From positions 2,927-66,926 of the forward strand of contig CALXHF010000008.1 of assembly GCA_944388035.1 (NCBI GenBank): a stretch of DNA of 64,000 bases. The letters are read 5' to 3'. The first letter of the stretch is position 1. Each line of letters opens with the position of its first letter. The notes under the pieces are model-generated. The model saw nothing but the letters and a program-made list of their open reading frames with translations. It made no database searches and was not told where the DNA came from. Positions 11,604 through 22,438 of the stretch are shown one piece after another. Position numbers and translations under genes: made by a program. Source of the stretch: an uncultured Clostridia bacterium. GTDB lineage: Bacteria; Bacillota; Clostridia; TANB77; CAG-508.

Positions 11604-11745
11604 AAATATTTAGATATCTGAGGTCATTACAGTTTATTTCAAGGGAAAATAAAAGAAAGGACTTAAAAAAATAAAGGGAATAATAATATTTTTTTCAAAG
11701 TTCAAAATAGGGGCTTTCGTAATGACCTCAGATATCTAAATATTT
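11604..11745. repeat. Perfect 27-bp inverted repeats around an 88-bp spacer
   Basis: AAATATTTAGATATCTGAGGTCATTAC (11604-11630) and its reverse complement (11719-11745). Confidence 0.9.
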
Positions 11746-11899
11746 TAATTTTTTTTGGAATATTTCTAGACTAAACTTTTGATTTAAAATACTTTAAATT
11801 TAAACTGTTATAATTATACACACGTTTATGTGTAATTCTAATAATTGTTTTGTGAATTGTTTGTGAACTAAAAAAGACTAAAGTAAAAATCTTTAGCCT

Positions 11900-12463
11900 T
11901 TACATACCATACATACCTGTAGTTATATCTCGAAACAAATTAACTTCTGGTGGTATATATGTAAATATTATAAAACATAAAAGTAAAAATAATAAAATTA
12001 TAATCGATAAGCTTGTTGTTAAGACTGTGCTTTCATTTTCTCTTTTCATAAGCCTATATGCTACATATTCTCCTAAAATTATACTTACTATAAATATTAA
12101 AATATCAATTACAATTACAGATGTTCCTATTACCCCAGAATATGTATAAAAACTTACTATTATAAAAAATATAGCTGTGAATATTCCTATTGTTTTTGCT
12201 TCTATATAATTATTAACATCTCGTTTTACAAAGAAATATTCTATTATCATTGCTATTAACATTGGATAGAATACTAATTTTAAATGTTCCCATACACTTT
12301 CGTTTACTGCACCAAAACTTCCCACAAATAGATTGTTTCCAGACCACTCATATGTAAAATGTAATAATGTACCTAATATTAAACTAAATAATATTACAAT
12401 TAGTTGTGATTTTATTAGTTTATCTTCTTTTACTTTATTAAATAAACTTTTAAAAAACTCCAT
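11900..12463 (-). CDS. Membrane protein (DUF6512-like)
   Basis: GTLLHFTYEWSG...NESVWEHLKL, several TM helices. Confidence 0.75.
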   Translation of the reverse strand: MEFFKSLFNKVKEDKLIKSQLIVILFSLILGTLLHFTYEWSGNNLFVGSFGAVNESVWEHLKLVFYPMLIAMIIEYFFVKRDVNNYIEAKTIGIFTAIFFIIVSFYTYSGVIGTSVIVIDILIFIVSIILGEYVAYRLMKRENESTVLTTSLSIIILLFLLLCFIIFTYIPPEVNLFRDITTGMYGM

Positions 12464-12514
12464 ATTAGATAAGCCTCCTTTATTAATTCTTATGCTAATA
12501 TAGAGTTTTTATTA

Positions 12515-13984
12515 CTAAAATATCAATTTTTCTACTACTAAAGTTTTTTCTTTATCTTGTTTTTCTATTTCTTCTTTTCTATATGTACAAATTTTGAATT
12601 CTTTCTTACCATCAAATTTGAACTTCAATACTTTTGTAAAATTGTCTGTTACTGGTTTTCCATATTCTTCTATTATAAAACTTGCATTATGTTTTCTTAA
12701 TGTATCAAATGTATTCATAAATCCCATACCAGTACCTCCTGAATCTTTATGTGTAGTTGCTGGTTTCTTTCCTAATTTTAATAATGTTTCTTTTTCAAAT
12801 TCTATACCTGAGTCATATACATATAAACCATAAGTTCCATCTAATCTTCCAAGTCTTACTAATATACTTTTATTAATATTATTACTATATTCGATTGCTA
12901 TGATTGCATTTTTTATATGGTCTGCTAATAATATTTCTAATTCATCTTTACTTACATAGTTGTTAATCATCTTATAGATATTGCCACTTAATTGTAATTG
13001 AAAATCTATTTTCTTTTTTACACACTCTGATTTCATATAATCTAAAACATCATCTATTTCAGCAATTCCTGTTTTAGCTAATACTATTACTGGTTCTTTT
13101 CTTATATCTTTTCCCACTTTTTCTATTCTTGATTTTATATCCATTTCTGATATTTCACTTTTCATATTTAATTCTTCTAATTTATGTTCTAATATGTCTT
13201 GTCTATGTGATATTGAGTGACTTTTCTTTCCTGACTTTATTATTTCATTTTCTAATTCTTTTATCCTAGTATTCTTTTCTTCCAATTCCGCCTTTGTTTC
13301 TTCTAAATCCTTTACCAACATTTTCTGTTTATAGTATAACTGTAATGATTTTTGGATGGTAATAAACATTATTAAAAAGAAAATTACTAAATTTATGATT
13401 AGCTTTCTTGATGTCATCATATTATAATTTGATATTAATGTAATCGTTAATAAGATTATTGCACAAATATTTAATATTAATATATCTAAATACTCATTTT
13501 TTATTTTGTTAACAAGAAAGCTAAATCCTTTTTTAAATCTTTTAATTTTTAAAAACAAGATAAATAACATTAAATAAACAATTATCATTATAAAAATATT
13601 TATATAATCATTTTGTATTTTAAAAATGAAAAATAGTATAAAGTTAACAGTTATACTTATAAAAAATATTAAATAATTAATTGTTAATGAGATTATTGTT
13701 ACTAATATTGAATATCCTAATTTCCTTTTAGTATGTAACGAAAAAAGAAAAGAATTCAAAATAATCATACTTACAATACCGTATATAAAATCTAAAGTAT
13801 CTTTAGCAATCTTACATAAGGGACTGAAAATAAAAATAATTATATATGGAATAATTATTAAATTTTTACAAATATTATTATTTACAATTTTAAAATTTAA
13901 ATAAAATGTACATATATTAATAAAAAATATTTTTATAATGTCAGAAACAACCTCAATATTATCTTTTTCTAATATAAATTCCAT
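12515..13984 (-). CDS. Multi-TM sensor histidine kinase with GHKL domain (AgrC-like layout)
   Basis: Six to seven TM helices, coiled coil, NAI N-box, DSG and GGTGMG G-boxes. Confidence 0.85.
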   Translation of the reverse strand: MEFILEKDNIEVVSDIIKIFFINICTFYLNFKIVNNNICKNLIIIPYIIIFIFSPLCKIAKDTLDFIYGIVSMIILNSFLFSLHTKRKLGYSILVTIISLTINYLIFFISITVNFILFFIFKIQNDYINIFIMIIVYLMLFILFLKIKRFKKGFSFLVNKIKNEYLDILILNICAIILLTITLISNYNMMTSRKLIINLVIFFLIMFITIQKSLQLYYKQKMLVKDLEETKAELEEKNTRIKELENEIIKSGKKSHSISHRQDILEHKLEELNMKSEISEMDIKSRIEKVGKDIRKEPVIVLAKTGIAEIDDVLDYMKSECVKKKIDFQLQLSGNIYKMINNYVSKDELEILLADHIKNAIIAIEYSNNINKSILVRLGRLDGTYGLYVYDSGIEFEKETLLKLGKKPATTHKDSGGTGMGFMNTFDTLRKHNASFIIEEYGKPVTDNFTKVLKFKFDGKKEFKICTYRKEEIEKQDKEKTLVVEKLIF

Positions 13985-14090
13985 AAAATTCTACCTTTTT
14001 TATTTTATTATATACAAAATTAAAAAGATAATCAATATTAGAATTATTCCAAAATTTGATTATCTTTTATTTAATATTATTTATAAATTT

Positions 14091-14138
14091 TTATATCCAT
14101 AAACTAACCCATTTGCAAAAAGCATCAAACCAGCTCAT
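14091..14138 (-). CDS. 15-aa Trp-rich peptide MSWFDAFCKWVSLWI, candidate signalling peptide
   Basis: Strong SD GAAAGGTGGTGA 5 nt before ATG; lies between regulator and kinase; followed by an inverted repeat at ~14021-14070. Confidence 0.55.
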   Translation of the reverse strand: MSWFDAFCKWVSLWI

Positions 14139-14276
14139 ATTTCTCACCACCTTTCATCTTTAGTATTTTTTTGTTTCCTTTGTCATTAAAAAAATACCAT
14201 TGAAAGGCTTAGCTCTAATGGTATTTTGTGATGAGAAAATATGGTATAAAATAAAAAAACCTAGTATTTTTTCATA

Positions 14277-15062
14277 CTAGATTTCTTTCTTAATTTTATC
14301 TACATAAAAATATATGAATTCCATAGGTGTAGGTATTCCAGTTTTATAATTAATTTTAGCTGTATAATAAATTAGTAAATCATCTACAGATGAAGATCTC
14401 CAAGCACGGATAATAGCATTTTTGATACCATTTGTAATTGTAGTTTCAGACTTTTTGTGAATCTTAGTTAGATATTGAATAACATTTAAATCACTATCTT
14501 CATTTTGTATCAAATACATAATAGCGTCATAAATATATTTTCTACCTTTCATTTTATTAGAAATACCTATCAAATCAAGTTCGTAATTAATTAGATATGA
14601 AATTTTATCTTCTTCCGACTCCAATTCTTCGTTAAAAGTTTTAACATCTGTTTCTCTAGAAGTATCTCTATACCTTAAAAAACTATTTAAAACATAATCA
14701 GGAGAATATTTAGGATGGTCTTTGTAAGCAATTAAATCAACCTTTTCCTTGTGAAGAATTTGATAAGTTGTATCTGAATAAATATGTGTTGTTACAATTA
14801 TTATTGGTTTAAAGTTCAAATTCATTTTTCTTAAATTAGGTATAAAGTCTAATGAATCAGTATTACCTCCACTTTTACTATTGTTTAATTCTATATCTAA
14901 AACAATACCATCTGGGTGTTTTAACCTTGTAAGTTTTAAACCTTCTACATCAGAATCAGTAATGCCAACTAATTCAAAATCATCTCTTTTGTTAATACAA
15001 TTTCTAAAATTATTACACTCATTTACATCATCTTCAATAATTAAAATTTTCATTGGCTTCAT
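14277..15062 (-). CDS. Response regulator with Spo0A-type C-terminal DNA-binding domain (Spo0A paralogue)
   Basis: Receiver (IIEDD, VLDIEL); C-terminal KGRKYIYDAI...IKNAIIRAW...PTPMEFI resembles Spo0A_C. Confidence 0.8.
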   Translation of the reverse strand: MKPMKILIIEDDVNECNNFRNCINKRDDFELVGITDSDVEGLKLTRLKHPDGIVLDIELNNSKSGGNTDSLDFIPNLRKMNLNFKPIIIVTTHIYSDTTYQILHKEKVDLIAYKDHPKYSPDYVLNSFLRYRDTSRETDVKTFNEELESEEDKISYLINYELDLIGISNKMKGRKYIYDAIMYLIQNEDSDLNVIQYLTKIHKKSETTITNGIKNAIIRAWRSSSVDDLLIYYTAKINYKTGIPTPMEFIYFYVDKIKKEI

Positions 15063-15198
15063 TTTAAAACTCCTCCTTAGTATATATTTTCACATTACAT
15101 AATATACCATAAAGTTCTAGAAAATACTATATTTCATCATTGTTTTTATTTACACAAATGTCATTTTTATATTCTACAATGAACAAAAAGTATAAAGG

Positions 15199-15567
15199 AT
15201 GAAATATATGCAAAGAAAAAATAGTAGTGAAATCAATATTGAAATAATAGAACAAGAAAAACGTGGTTTAAGAATTAAAAATATAAGAGAAAATGAATTA
15301 AAAATAAATAAAACACAATTATCTAAAGAGATAGGAATTTCTAGTCAATTCCTAGGTTTAGTAGAAGAAGGTAAAGGTAATTTAAGTTATAAGAGTTTAA
15401 AAAGATTAAGAAACATAAGTGGACATTCTGCTGATTATATTTTATTTGGTTTGGATGATAATTCGATTAATAAAACAAAAGAATTATTAAATAATTATTC
15501 AGAACTAGAAATAACAGAAACAATAGATTTTTTAAAACATTTAATAATACTTATGAGAAATATTTAA
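15199..15567 (+). CDS. Xre-family HTH regulator
   Basis: LSKEIGISSQFLGLVEEGK...SADYILFG. Confidence 0.8.
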   Translation: MKYMQRKNSSEINIEIIEQEKRGLRIKNIRENELKINKTQLSKEIGISSQFLGLVEEGKGNLSYKSLKRLRNISGHSADYILFGLDDNSINKTKELLNNYSELEITETIDFLKHLIILMRNI

Positions 15568-15613
15568 CAAAAAATAAAGCATAGAAATTTGTTTTCTATA
15601 CTTTATTTTAATT

Positions 15614-15970
15614 TTATTTTCTAAAAGTTTCTTTCCACTCTTCCTCTCTAAACCCTGTAAGAATTTTATTTTCAGTAATTACAAGTGGTCTTTTAATAAG
15701 CATCCCATCACTTGATAATAATTTTATTTTTTCTTCATCTGTCATATTTATTAGTTTTTCTTTTAAATTAAGTTCTTTATATTTTAAACCACTTGTGTTA
15801 AAGAATTTTTTAATATCTTTTTTACTCTCTTTTATCCATTTTTTTAATTCTACTTCAGTTGGTGTATCTTCTACAATATTTCTATCTGTAAATTCTATAT
15901 TATTATCAACAAGCCATTTTTTAGCTTTCTTACAAGTAGAACATTTAGGATATTCTATAAATAAAACCAT
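15614..15970 (-). CDS. ArsC/Spx family protein
   Basis: CSTCKKA and MLIKRPL motifs. Confidence 0.88.
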   Translation of the reverse strand: MVLFIEYPKCSTCKKAKKWLVDNNIEFTDRNIVEDTPTEVELKKWIKESKKDIKKFFNTSGLKYKELNLKEKLINMTDEEKIKLLSSDGMLIKRPLVITENKILTGFREEEWKETFRK

Positions 15971-15972
15971 AT

Positions 15973-16755
15973 CTATACCCCCACACTCATTGTCTCTGGT
16001 AATGTTGAACCACCATCTATTACAAAACCTTGACCTGTAATATAAGAAGCCTCTTCGCTTGCTAAAAATGCTGCAAGTTCTCCTAATTCTTCTATTGTAC
16101 CAAGTCTCCCCATAGGAATACCATCAGCAATTCCTTTTACAACTGAGTCTGGGTTGTTACTATCAGAATCTTTTGCAATACCTTCAACCATTGGAGTCAT
16201 AATATAACCTGGAAGAATAGCATTTACTCTTATTTTCTTACTTACTACTTCTGCAGCTAGTCCTTTTGTAAAACCTAGTAATGCTGCTTTTGTTGTAGCA
16301 TAGGCAACTTCTCCAGTGTCTGCAACCATTGTACCTGTTACAGAAGAAAGATTAACAATTGAAGCACCTTCCTTCATATATGGTAAAACTTCTTGAGCCA
16401 TATTCCAAGCTCCTTTAATATTAATATCAAAATGGAAATCTCTAATCTCATCTGTTGTTTCTAGAAATGGTGTAAGTTTTGCAACACCTGCATTATTTAC
16501 TAAAATATCTATTTTCCCATATTTTTCTACAACCTTTTCTACACACTCTTTAATTCTATTTTTATCTCTAATATCTACTAAATAACCGTGAACTTCCTTT
16601 CCTTGTTGTTTTAAATTATTTACAGTTTCTACTAATTTTTCTGAATAATCAAATATTGCAACTTTAGCTCCATATTTTAAGAAAACTTCTACAATTCCCA
16701 AACCATTTCCCATAGCTCCACCTGTTACTATGGCAACTTTATTTTCTAATTTCAT
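15973..16755 (-). CDS. ucpA: SDR oxidoreductase, UcpA-like
   Basis: TGGAMGNG, SSVTG, YATTK, IDGGSTLPET. Confidence 0.8.
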   Translation of the reverse strand: MKLENKVAIVTGGAMGNGLGIVEVFLKYGAKVAIFDYSEKLVETVNNLKQQGKEVHGYLVDIRDKNRIKECVEKVVEKYGKIDILVNNAGVAKLTPFLETTDEIRDFHFDINIKGAWNMAQEVLPYMKEGASIVNLSSVTGTMVADTGEVAYATTKAALLGFTKGLAAEVVSKKIRVNAILPGYIMTPMVEGIAKDSDSNNPDSVVKGIADGIPMGRLGTIEELGELAAFLASEEASYITGQGFVIDGGSTLPETMSVGV

Positions 16756-16820
16756 CTAAAAACACTTCCTTTCTTTTTTCTTATTTTATCATTGTAAATT
16801 ATTTATAACAATATCTTTTC

Positions 16821-17909
16821 TTACTCTTCTGATATTTCTTCTGGCATATTTTCATATAAAGGTATTATAAAATTAAGACTAGAATCTACCGTATTAGAAT
16901 ATTCATAAATAGATTTCATATTGTTAGCTTCAGAAGTTGGTGCAAGTAAATTTTGCATATACTGATGTTTATATAAACCTTCTATTTTTACTACATCAAA
17001 CTTTTGTAAATATAATGTATTTTGTCCTTCATTTATATACCCTTCCTTCATATAACCTATTCCACCCACAATTGCTTTTTCTAAACTTTCCCATCCTTGC
17101 TCATATGCATACATCGCAGCATTATTTAATATTTCATCTCTATAATTTCCTATAGCATTTATATTAAACGGGTTATAAACAATAGCTCCATTATACTCAT
17201 ACCCTTTAGACATAGTAGTTCCATCTCTTCCTTGCTCTTGTATTAACCTTGATGCTATAAAATATGGGTCTAAATTAGAGTTTTTTCCCGCTTCTATTAT
17301 AGCTTCACAAATACTGTCTCCTTCTAAAAAAGTTCCACTTGTTATTTCTCTTAGCCCCTCAATTGTTTGTGCATTTTCAACATAATTTAATTCTTTAAAT
17401 TGGAAAATATTTTCTTCATTTAGAATATTTCTTGAATCCATCTTGTATTTTATAGCTTTATCAGAAGCACACATCCAAGTCCCATTGTCAAATCTTTTAT
17501 CTTTATCAATTTCACATTTCCAATCATCTGGATAATCGGAAGAGTCTGGTACTAAATTAGAAGGATACAAATTCCCATCTATATGTCCTTCATTAGCAAT
17601 CACTTCATTCCAATCTAATTTAGTATAAAATAAAGTAAAAGTCCAGTTTGGATGATTTTCTTGTAACTTATCTATTAATTCCTTGTATCCTGGATATCTT
17701 TCCTCATTTAAATTTTCTCCATCATAAATTACATATTTCTGCTTTTTACTTTCTTCTACTACCATTGAAACTCCTATAGATATTAGTACTAAAACTACTA
17801 TTGCTATTATCAAATTTCTTACTTTCTTAGGGTTTTCTTTACAATAATTTGTTATTTTTCTTATTAAATTATTTTTGTTATTTGAATTTTTATAATTATA
17901 ACTTTCCAT
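16821..17909 (-). CDS. Membrane-anchored glucosaminidase-like cell-wall hydrolase
   Basis: TM anchor; SRLIQEQG, YNPFNI, QNTLYLQKF, HQYMQN. Confidence 0.7.
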   Translation of the reverse strand: MESYNYKNSNNKNNLIRKITNYCKENPKKVRNLIIAIVVLVLISIGVSMVVEESKKQKYVIYDGENLNEERYPGYKELIDKLQENHPNWTFTLFYTKLDWNEVIANEGHIDGNLYPSNLVPDSSDYPDDWKCEIDKDKRFDNGTWMCASDKAIKYKMDSRNILNEENIFQFKELNYVENAQTIEGLREITSGTFLEGDSICEAIIEAGKNSNLDPYFIASRLIQEQGRDGTTMSKGYEYNGAIVYNPFNINAIGNYRDEILNNAAMYAYEQGWESLEKAIVGGIGYMKEGYINEGQNTLYLQKFDVVKIEGLYKHQYMQNLLAPTSEANNMKSIYEYSNTVDSSLNFIIPLYENMPEEISEE

Positions 17910-18006
17910 ATTTTTATTATAACATAGTTTAATTTTTTTAAAACTATTTTTACAAAAAATTCACAAAATAAAAAGCCCATATATTTATATATATGAGCCA
18001 CTTTTA

Positions 18007-18423
18007 TTATTCAATTGGAATATATTTCTTTTCTTCTATTTCTTTCTTGTCTTCTTTTTTAGGAATTTCAAGTCTTAGAGTTCCATTTGTAAATTTAGCT
18101 TTAATATCTTCTTCTTTTACCTTATCTCCAACATAGAAACTTCTTGAACATTCACCAGTATATCTTTCTTTACGTACATATTTCCCTTTCTCGCTATCAT
18201 CTTCTGATTTATCAACTTTTGCGTGTACTGTTAGATATCCATCTTGAATTTCTACTTTAATTCCATCTTTTTCATATCCTGGTAAGTCTATATCAATTAT
18301 GTATTTGTCTTTTTTCTCCTTTATATCTGTTTTCATTAATTTATTTTCACTTTCTGTAAAAAATGGATCTCTAAACATTTCATCCCACAAATCAAAATCG
18401 CGTCTTCTTGGTATCATCATCAT
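18007..18423 (-). CDS. Hsp20/alpha-crystallin small heat-shock protein
   Basis: TDIKE...DLPG...ERY.G...RSF...AKFTNGTL.L.IPK; start placed after GGGAG SD. Confidence 0.92.
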   Translation of the reverse strand: MMMIPRRRDFDLWDEMFRDPFFTESENKLMKTDIKEKKDKYIIDIDLPGYEKDGIKVEIQDGYLTVHAKVDKSEDDSEKGKYVRKERYTGECSRSFYVGDKVKEEDIKAKFTNGTLRLEIPKKEDKKEIEEKKYIPIE

Positions 18424-18541
18424 AATAATCAACTCCCTTTCCTTTTTAATTTTATGTGTTGACACCATTTTGCTGGCAAGCACATATTTGATTTTATTAA
18501 AAGTACTTTTAACTTCTTACAATTACATTATATAACCATTT

Positions 18542-18568
18542 TTAGCAAAGTCAATACCAGAGTGCTAA
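18542..18568 (-). promoter_or_regulatory. CIRCE (HrcA operator) overlapping the hsp20 promoter
   Basis: Minus strand TTAGCACTC-N9-CTTTGCTAA, one arm perfect; overlaps a TTGACT -35 box. Confidence 0.75.
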
Positions 18569-18689
18569 AATTCACAAAACTTTCACATTTCACTCTTCAA
18601 CGATGTATTTATTAGCCTTTACAAACTTTTTATTTGACAACACTCAATCTCTAAAGTATAATACTATTAGAAAATTTTGGAGGCAAATT

Positions 18690-20174
18690 ATGAAATTAAA
18701 AGAAGTTTTAAAAAGTATCGACATTTTAGAAACAAAAGGAAATTTAGAATTAGATATTACAAATATATCATCAGACTCTAGATTAATAAAGGAAAATGGC
18801 TTGTTTTTTGCAATTACAGGTTATGTATTAAAAGGAACTGATTTTATAGAAAGTGCAATAAACAATGGAGCAACTGCTGTTGTTGTAGAAAAAGATGTAG
18901 ACTTAAATTCTCTAGATTATGATAATATTACATTTATTAAATTAGATAATATTAGAAAAAACTTAGCAATTAGTAGTTGTAATTTATATGATAACCCATC
19001 TAAAAAACTAAAATTGATAGGAGTTACAGGAACTAAAGGAAAAACAACTTCTACTTATATGATAAAAGGCATTTTAGAAGAACACGGCTATAAAGTTGGT
19101 TTGATTGGAAGTATAGAAACATTAATTGGTAATAAGCAAATAAAAATAAATGATAGAACAACTGGTGAAAGCTATGAAATACAACAAATGCTTGATTTAA
19201 TGGTTAGAAATAATGTAGAAATAGTTGTTTTAGAAGTATCTTCACAAGCTATGAAATTAGATAGAGTAGTCGGTTGTGATTTTGATATAACATTATTTAC
19301 TAATTTAAGTGAAGACCATATAAGTCCAAAAGAACATCCAACAATGGAAGACTATTTCCAAGCTAAACTTTCATTGTTAAAGATGTCTCCTACTTGTGTT
19401 GTTAATTTAGACAATGAATATACATCAAGAATACCAAATTTATTAAACGATAAAAAAATAATAACATTTGGTGTAGAAAATAAAGCAGACATTATGGCAA
19501 AAGATTTTATATATTCTAATTCTTCTGTTGCTTTTACATTAGTAACATCAGATTATGAAAAAGAAATTGAAGTTTCTATACCTGGGAAATATATGGGATA
19601 TAATGCTTTAGGAGCAATTGCTGTTAGTAGATATTTTGATGTCTCTTATGAAAATATAAAAAAAGCATTAAGCCATATTTCTGTATTTGGTAGAAGCGAA
19701 ATGGTTCCTAATAAATTAGGATATAAAATTATGATAGATTATGCACATACTCCTGCAAGTTTAGAGTCTATTCTAAAAACTGTAAAACCTTATACAAAAG
19801 GTAGAGTTATTTGTACTTGGGGCGTTGGTGGAGATAGAGACAAAAAGAAACGTCCTATTATGGGAGAAATTTCCGGAAGATTAGCTGATTTTACTATACT
19901 TACTTGTGACCAAGCAAGAACTGAAGATCCTATGCAAATAGCAAAAGAAATAGAAGTTGGCTTAAAAAAGACTGGTGGAAAATATAAAATCATAATTAAT
20001 AGAACAGAAGCAATTAGATATGCAATTCATATGATGAATAAAGATGATATATTAGTTTTACCTGGACTTGGAAATGACTTATATATTGAATATATGGGAG
20101 TTAAACATCCTTATAATGAACGTATAGTAATTAAAGATATTATAGATGAAATGTTAAAAGAAAAAAAGAATTAA
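18690..20174 (+). CDS. murE: UDP-MurNAc-tripeptide ligase MurE
   Basis: GVTGTKGKTT, LEVSSQ, FTNLSEDH, DYAHTP, GGDRDKKKR; GGAGG SD. Confidence 0.9.
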   Translation: MKLKEVLKSIDILETKGNLELDITNISSDSRLIKENGLFFAITGYVLKGTDFIESAINNGATAVVVEKDVDLNSLDYDNITFIKLDNIRKNLAISSCNLYDNPSKKLKLIGVTGTKGKTTSTYMIKGILEEHGYKVGLIGSIETLIGNKQIKINDRTTGESYEIQQMLDLMVRNNVEIVVLEVSSQAMKLDRVVGCDFDITLFTNLSEDHISPKEHPTMEDYFQAKLSLLKMSPTCVVNLDNEYTSRIPNLLNDKKIITFGVENKADIMAKDFIYSNSSVAFTLVTSDYEKEIEVSIPGKYMGYNALGAIAVSRYFDVSYENIKKALSHISVFGRSEMVPNKLGYKIMIDYAHTPASLESILKTVKPYTKGRVICTWGVGGDRDKKKRPIMGEISGRLADFTILTCDQARTEDPMQIAKEIEVGLKKTGGKYKIIINRTEAIRYAIHMMNKDDILVLPGLGNDLYIEYMGVKHPYNERIVIKDIIDEMLKEKKN

Positions 20175-20198
20175 ATGTGTAGTAGCATTTAATTCTTT

Positions 20199-21017
20199 TT
20201 ATATTTCTATTATCCCATCAAACACCTTAGTTGCAATTCCTTGCATATAAACATTATTTGTATTTTCATCTATATTAATATATAACTCTCCACCCTTTAA
20301 TAAAACTTTTACAGATTTATCACACTGTTTTTGGTAATTACCAGCAATAACAGAAGCAGATGCCCCTGTACCGCAAGCATAAGTTTCACCAGATCCTCTT
20401 TCCCACACTCTTACCTTTATTAAATTTCTATCTAAAATTTGTACAAATTCCACATTTGTCTTGTTTGGAAACATTTTATTGTTTTCTATTAAAGGTCCAT
20501 ATTTTTCTATATTTATTTTACTTACATCTCTAACAAAAATAATTGCGTGTGGGTTTCCAATATTTACTTTATTTATATAAAAAATTTGATTTAAAATATT
20601 TAATCTATCTACTCCTTGGAATTTTCCAACTCCCATATTTACTTTATATTCTTCTATAATACCTTTACTATTTTCTATAAAGTCTACTTCTTTTATGCCA
20701 CATAAAGTTTCAATAGTGATTTTATTTTTTAATGTCATTTTATTATCAGATATGTATTTAGCAAAACATCTAATTCCATTACCACACATTTCCGCTTCTG
20801 TTCCATCTTTGTTGAATATTCTCATCTTAAAATCTGCAATTAAACTATTTTCTATAAAAATAACTCCGTCAGAACCTATACCAAAATGTTTTTTGCTCAA
20901 ATATCTTACAACTTTAGGTATGTTTTCTTCTTGTAATAATTGATATTTATTTTTAGTTCTATCTATAAAAATATAATCATTTCCAAGTCCGTGCATTTTA
21001 GTAAATAAAATTTTCAT
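20199..21017 (-). CDS. dapF: Diaminopimelate epimerase
   Basis: KMHGLGND, MCGNGIRC, GNPH, ERGSGETYACGTG. Confidence 0.95.
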   Translation of the reverse strand: MKILFTKMHGLGNDYIFIDRTKNKYQLLQEENIPKVVRYLSKKHFGIGSDGVIFIENSLIADFKMRIFNKDGTEAEMCGNGIRCFAKYISDNKMTLKNKITIETLCGIKEVDFIENSKGIIEEYKVNMGVGKFQGVDRLNILNQIFYINKVNIGNPHAIIFVRDVSKINIEKYGPLIENNKMFPNKTNVEFVQILDRNLIKVRVWERGSGETYACGTGASASVIAGNYQKQCDKSVKVLLKGGELYINIDENTNNVYMQGIATKVFDGIIEI

Positions 21018-21137
21018 AATAGCCTCCTTTTTCTTATATTATTCAAGAATAAAAAAAAGGTGATAAAAACTATTATTAATATTTTCTTAAAAACCTTTTA
21101 TTAACAATATTTTTAGTATATAATACCTTAAAAGAAG

Positions 21138-21830
21138 GTGATGCTTTTGAAAATATTTAGGAAGATAATTATAATTTTACTTGTTTTAATATTACTTGCC
21201 GGAATAATTGGTTTTATTATTGGATACAGTGTATATTCAGATGCTTTAAAAGAAAAACCTCTTATTTCACGTATGGATGAGATTGAAAATGATGAACATT
21301 TTGTTCCTTTTAGTGAACTTCCAAAAAATTATATAAATGCTGTTGTTGCAGTAGAAGACCATAGATTTTATGACCACGGTCCTATTGATTTTATTGCAAT
21401 TGGAAGAGCTATATGGGTAAATATTACAAATTTTGAATTACGAGAAGGTGGAAGTACAATAACTCAGCAATTAGCTAAAAATGTTGTTTTGTCTCAAGAA
21501 GAAACAGCTACTAGAAAATTAGGAGAAATTGTTGCTGCATTTGATATAGAAAAAAATTATTCTAAAGATGATATTTTAGCTTTATATGTTAACACTTGTT
21601 ATTTTGGTGAAGGTTATTATGGTATTTATGATGCAAGTATGGGATATTATAATAAAGAACCAAAAGATTTAACATTAGATGAAGCAACAATGTTAGCCGG
21701 TGTTCCAAATGCTCCTTCTGTTTACGCACCTACAGTAAACCCAGATTTAGCAAAGAAAAGACAAGAACACGTTTTAAATAAAATGGTTGAATATGGTTAT
21801 ATATCAAAAGAAGAGGCAAATTCTATTTAA
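21138..21830 (+). CDS. Monofunctional peptidoglycan transglycosylase (GT51)
   Basis: EDHRFYDH, GGSTITQQLAKN, RKLGE motifs. Confidence 0.9.
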   Translation: MMLLKIFRKIIIILLVLILLAGIIGFIIGYSVYSDALKEKPLISRMDEIENDEHFVPFSELPKNYINAVVAVEDHRFYDHGPIDFIAIGRAIWVNITNFELREGGSTITQQLAKNVVLSQEETATRKLGEIVAAFDIEKNYSKDDILALYVNTCYFGEGYYGIYDASMGYYNKEPKDLTLDEATMLAGVPNAPSVYAPTVNPDLAKKRQEHVLNKMVEYGYISKEEANSI

Positions 21831-21854
21831 GCCTCTTCTTTTCATATTTTTCAT

Positions 21855-22110
21855 TTACAATAATTCAGTCATATATATAGGAAGATACAATATTCCATTT
21901 TCCTCTTTTAAATCTTTTGTATGTATTACAATTGCTTCTCCTAAATATTCTTTATATTTATTTTGTAACTTTGTAAGTGAAGAAAAAGTATATCTTTTCC
22001 CTGATTTAACTTCTATTGGTATTATATTGTGCTTAGCTGTTACTTTATCTTTAGAAATTAGGAAATCTATTTCCATTGTTTCTGATGAATTATTTCTATC
22101 ATTTCTTGAA
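21855..22110 (-). pseudogene. C-terminal fragment of an AAA/DUF4143-type protein
   Basis: EIDFL...IPIEVKSG motif, no N-terminal ATPase part. Confidence 0.6.
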
Positions 22111-22144
22111 AAGTAGTAGAATTCTATTACTTATATTTTTCCTT

Positions 22145-22339
22145 TTATTCATCTGTATCCTCCATTATTTTTAAATTCTTAATTGCAAATTTTAAACTAT
22201 CATTTATGAATTCGTTTATTGAAATTAAATTATTATCGTTTACAATTTTTCTAATTTCTTCTAACACATCTGTTTCTATTCTTGCAGTAAATTGTGTATA
22301 ATCTTTTTTCTTTCTACTTTTTACTATAAAATCAGCCAT
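22145..22339 (-). CDS. Small ribbon-helix-helix-like protein
   Basis: 64 aa, QFTARIE...SINEFIND; GAGGTG SD. Confidence 0.55.
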   Translation of the reverse strand: MADFIVKSRKKKDYTQFTARIETDVLEEIRKIVNDNNLISINEFINDSLKFAIKNLKIMEDTDE

Positions 22340-22438
22340 TTAAACCACCTCAAGTAAATTTTAATATAACATTTTAAAAGTGAATATACTCATAAATGAA
22401 ATTATTAAACTCTCTTTGAAACAAAGAAGATACTTTCT

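Noticed and set aside
14277-15062. Calling this gene spo0A itself
   Set aside because: Recognition helix differs from the canonical SRVERAIRHAIE and it is paired with its own kinase; treated as a paralogue
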